From Sphyrna mokarran (lineage: Eukaryota), in the NCBI GenBank assembly GCA_024679065.1, contig JAGIQG010000020.1, positions 38,192,001 through 38,256,000 of the forward strand: 64,000 nucleotides of DNA. Direction: 5' to 3'. Under the pieces are notes generated by a model that worked only from the letters and a program-made list of their open reading frames with translations, did no database searches and was not told the origin of the DNA. The translations under genes were made by a program, and so were the position numbers. Position 1 is the stretch's first letter. Every line of letters begins with the position of its first letter. Shown piece after piece: positions 63,885 through 64,000 of the stretch.

Positions 63885-64000
63885 TCTGAAGATATCAATG
63901 GGCTGGTAAGGTGGGCAAAGAAGTGGCAAACCAAATTCAACCCAGAGAACCATGAGGTGATGCATCTGGGGAGGTCAAACAAGGCAAAGAAAAACACAAT
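63885..64000 (+). mobile_element. CR1 RT fragment (runs off window)
   Basis: DINGLVRWAKKWQTKFNPENHEVMHLGRSNK. Confidence 0.8.

Noticed and set aside
1-64000. Prokaryotic-type systems (operons, defence islands, CRISPR)
   Set aside because: The window is spliced vertebrate genomic DNA; no long uninterrupted ORFs other than a LINE fragment.

Overview
Eukaryotic, AT-rich vertebrate genomic DNA. The repeat content (HE1/V-SINEs, HER1/CR1 LINEs, Penelope-like pLTR repeats) points to a shark or other elasmobranch. The + strand carries the 3' two-thirds of GIT2 (ARF-GAP GIT2). It has 13 core coding exons from position 1 to the stop at 40682-40684, one extra in-frame cassette exon (33203-33334) and a GC-AG intron. 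The - strand carries the last three coding exons of TCHP (trichoplein; 62315-63355), convergent with GIT2 as in human. Introns and the intergenic region hold CR1 and L2 LINE fragments, V-SINEs with two tail types, a MITE-like element and a decayed tRNA-Ile. The most unusual elements: (i) a fold-back Penelope-like insertion (about 56878-57659) whose two arms each carry a minimal hammerhead-ribozyme core and duplicate about 30 nt of flank in inverted orientation; (ii) three copies of a CR1 LINE whose long 3' UTR appears to contain a captured whole V-SINE, one copy internally deleted and bounded by a 14-bp TSD; (iii) alternative-splicing features in the GIT2 C-terminal paxillin-binding domain. 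No searches were run. Gene identities rest on my recall of the human proteins, repeat boundaries are approximate, and novelty is unverified.
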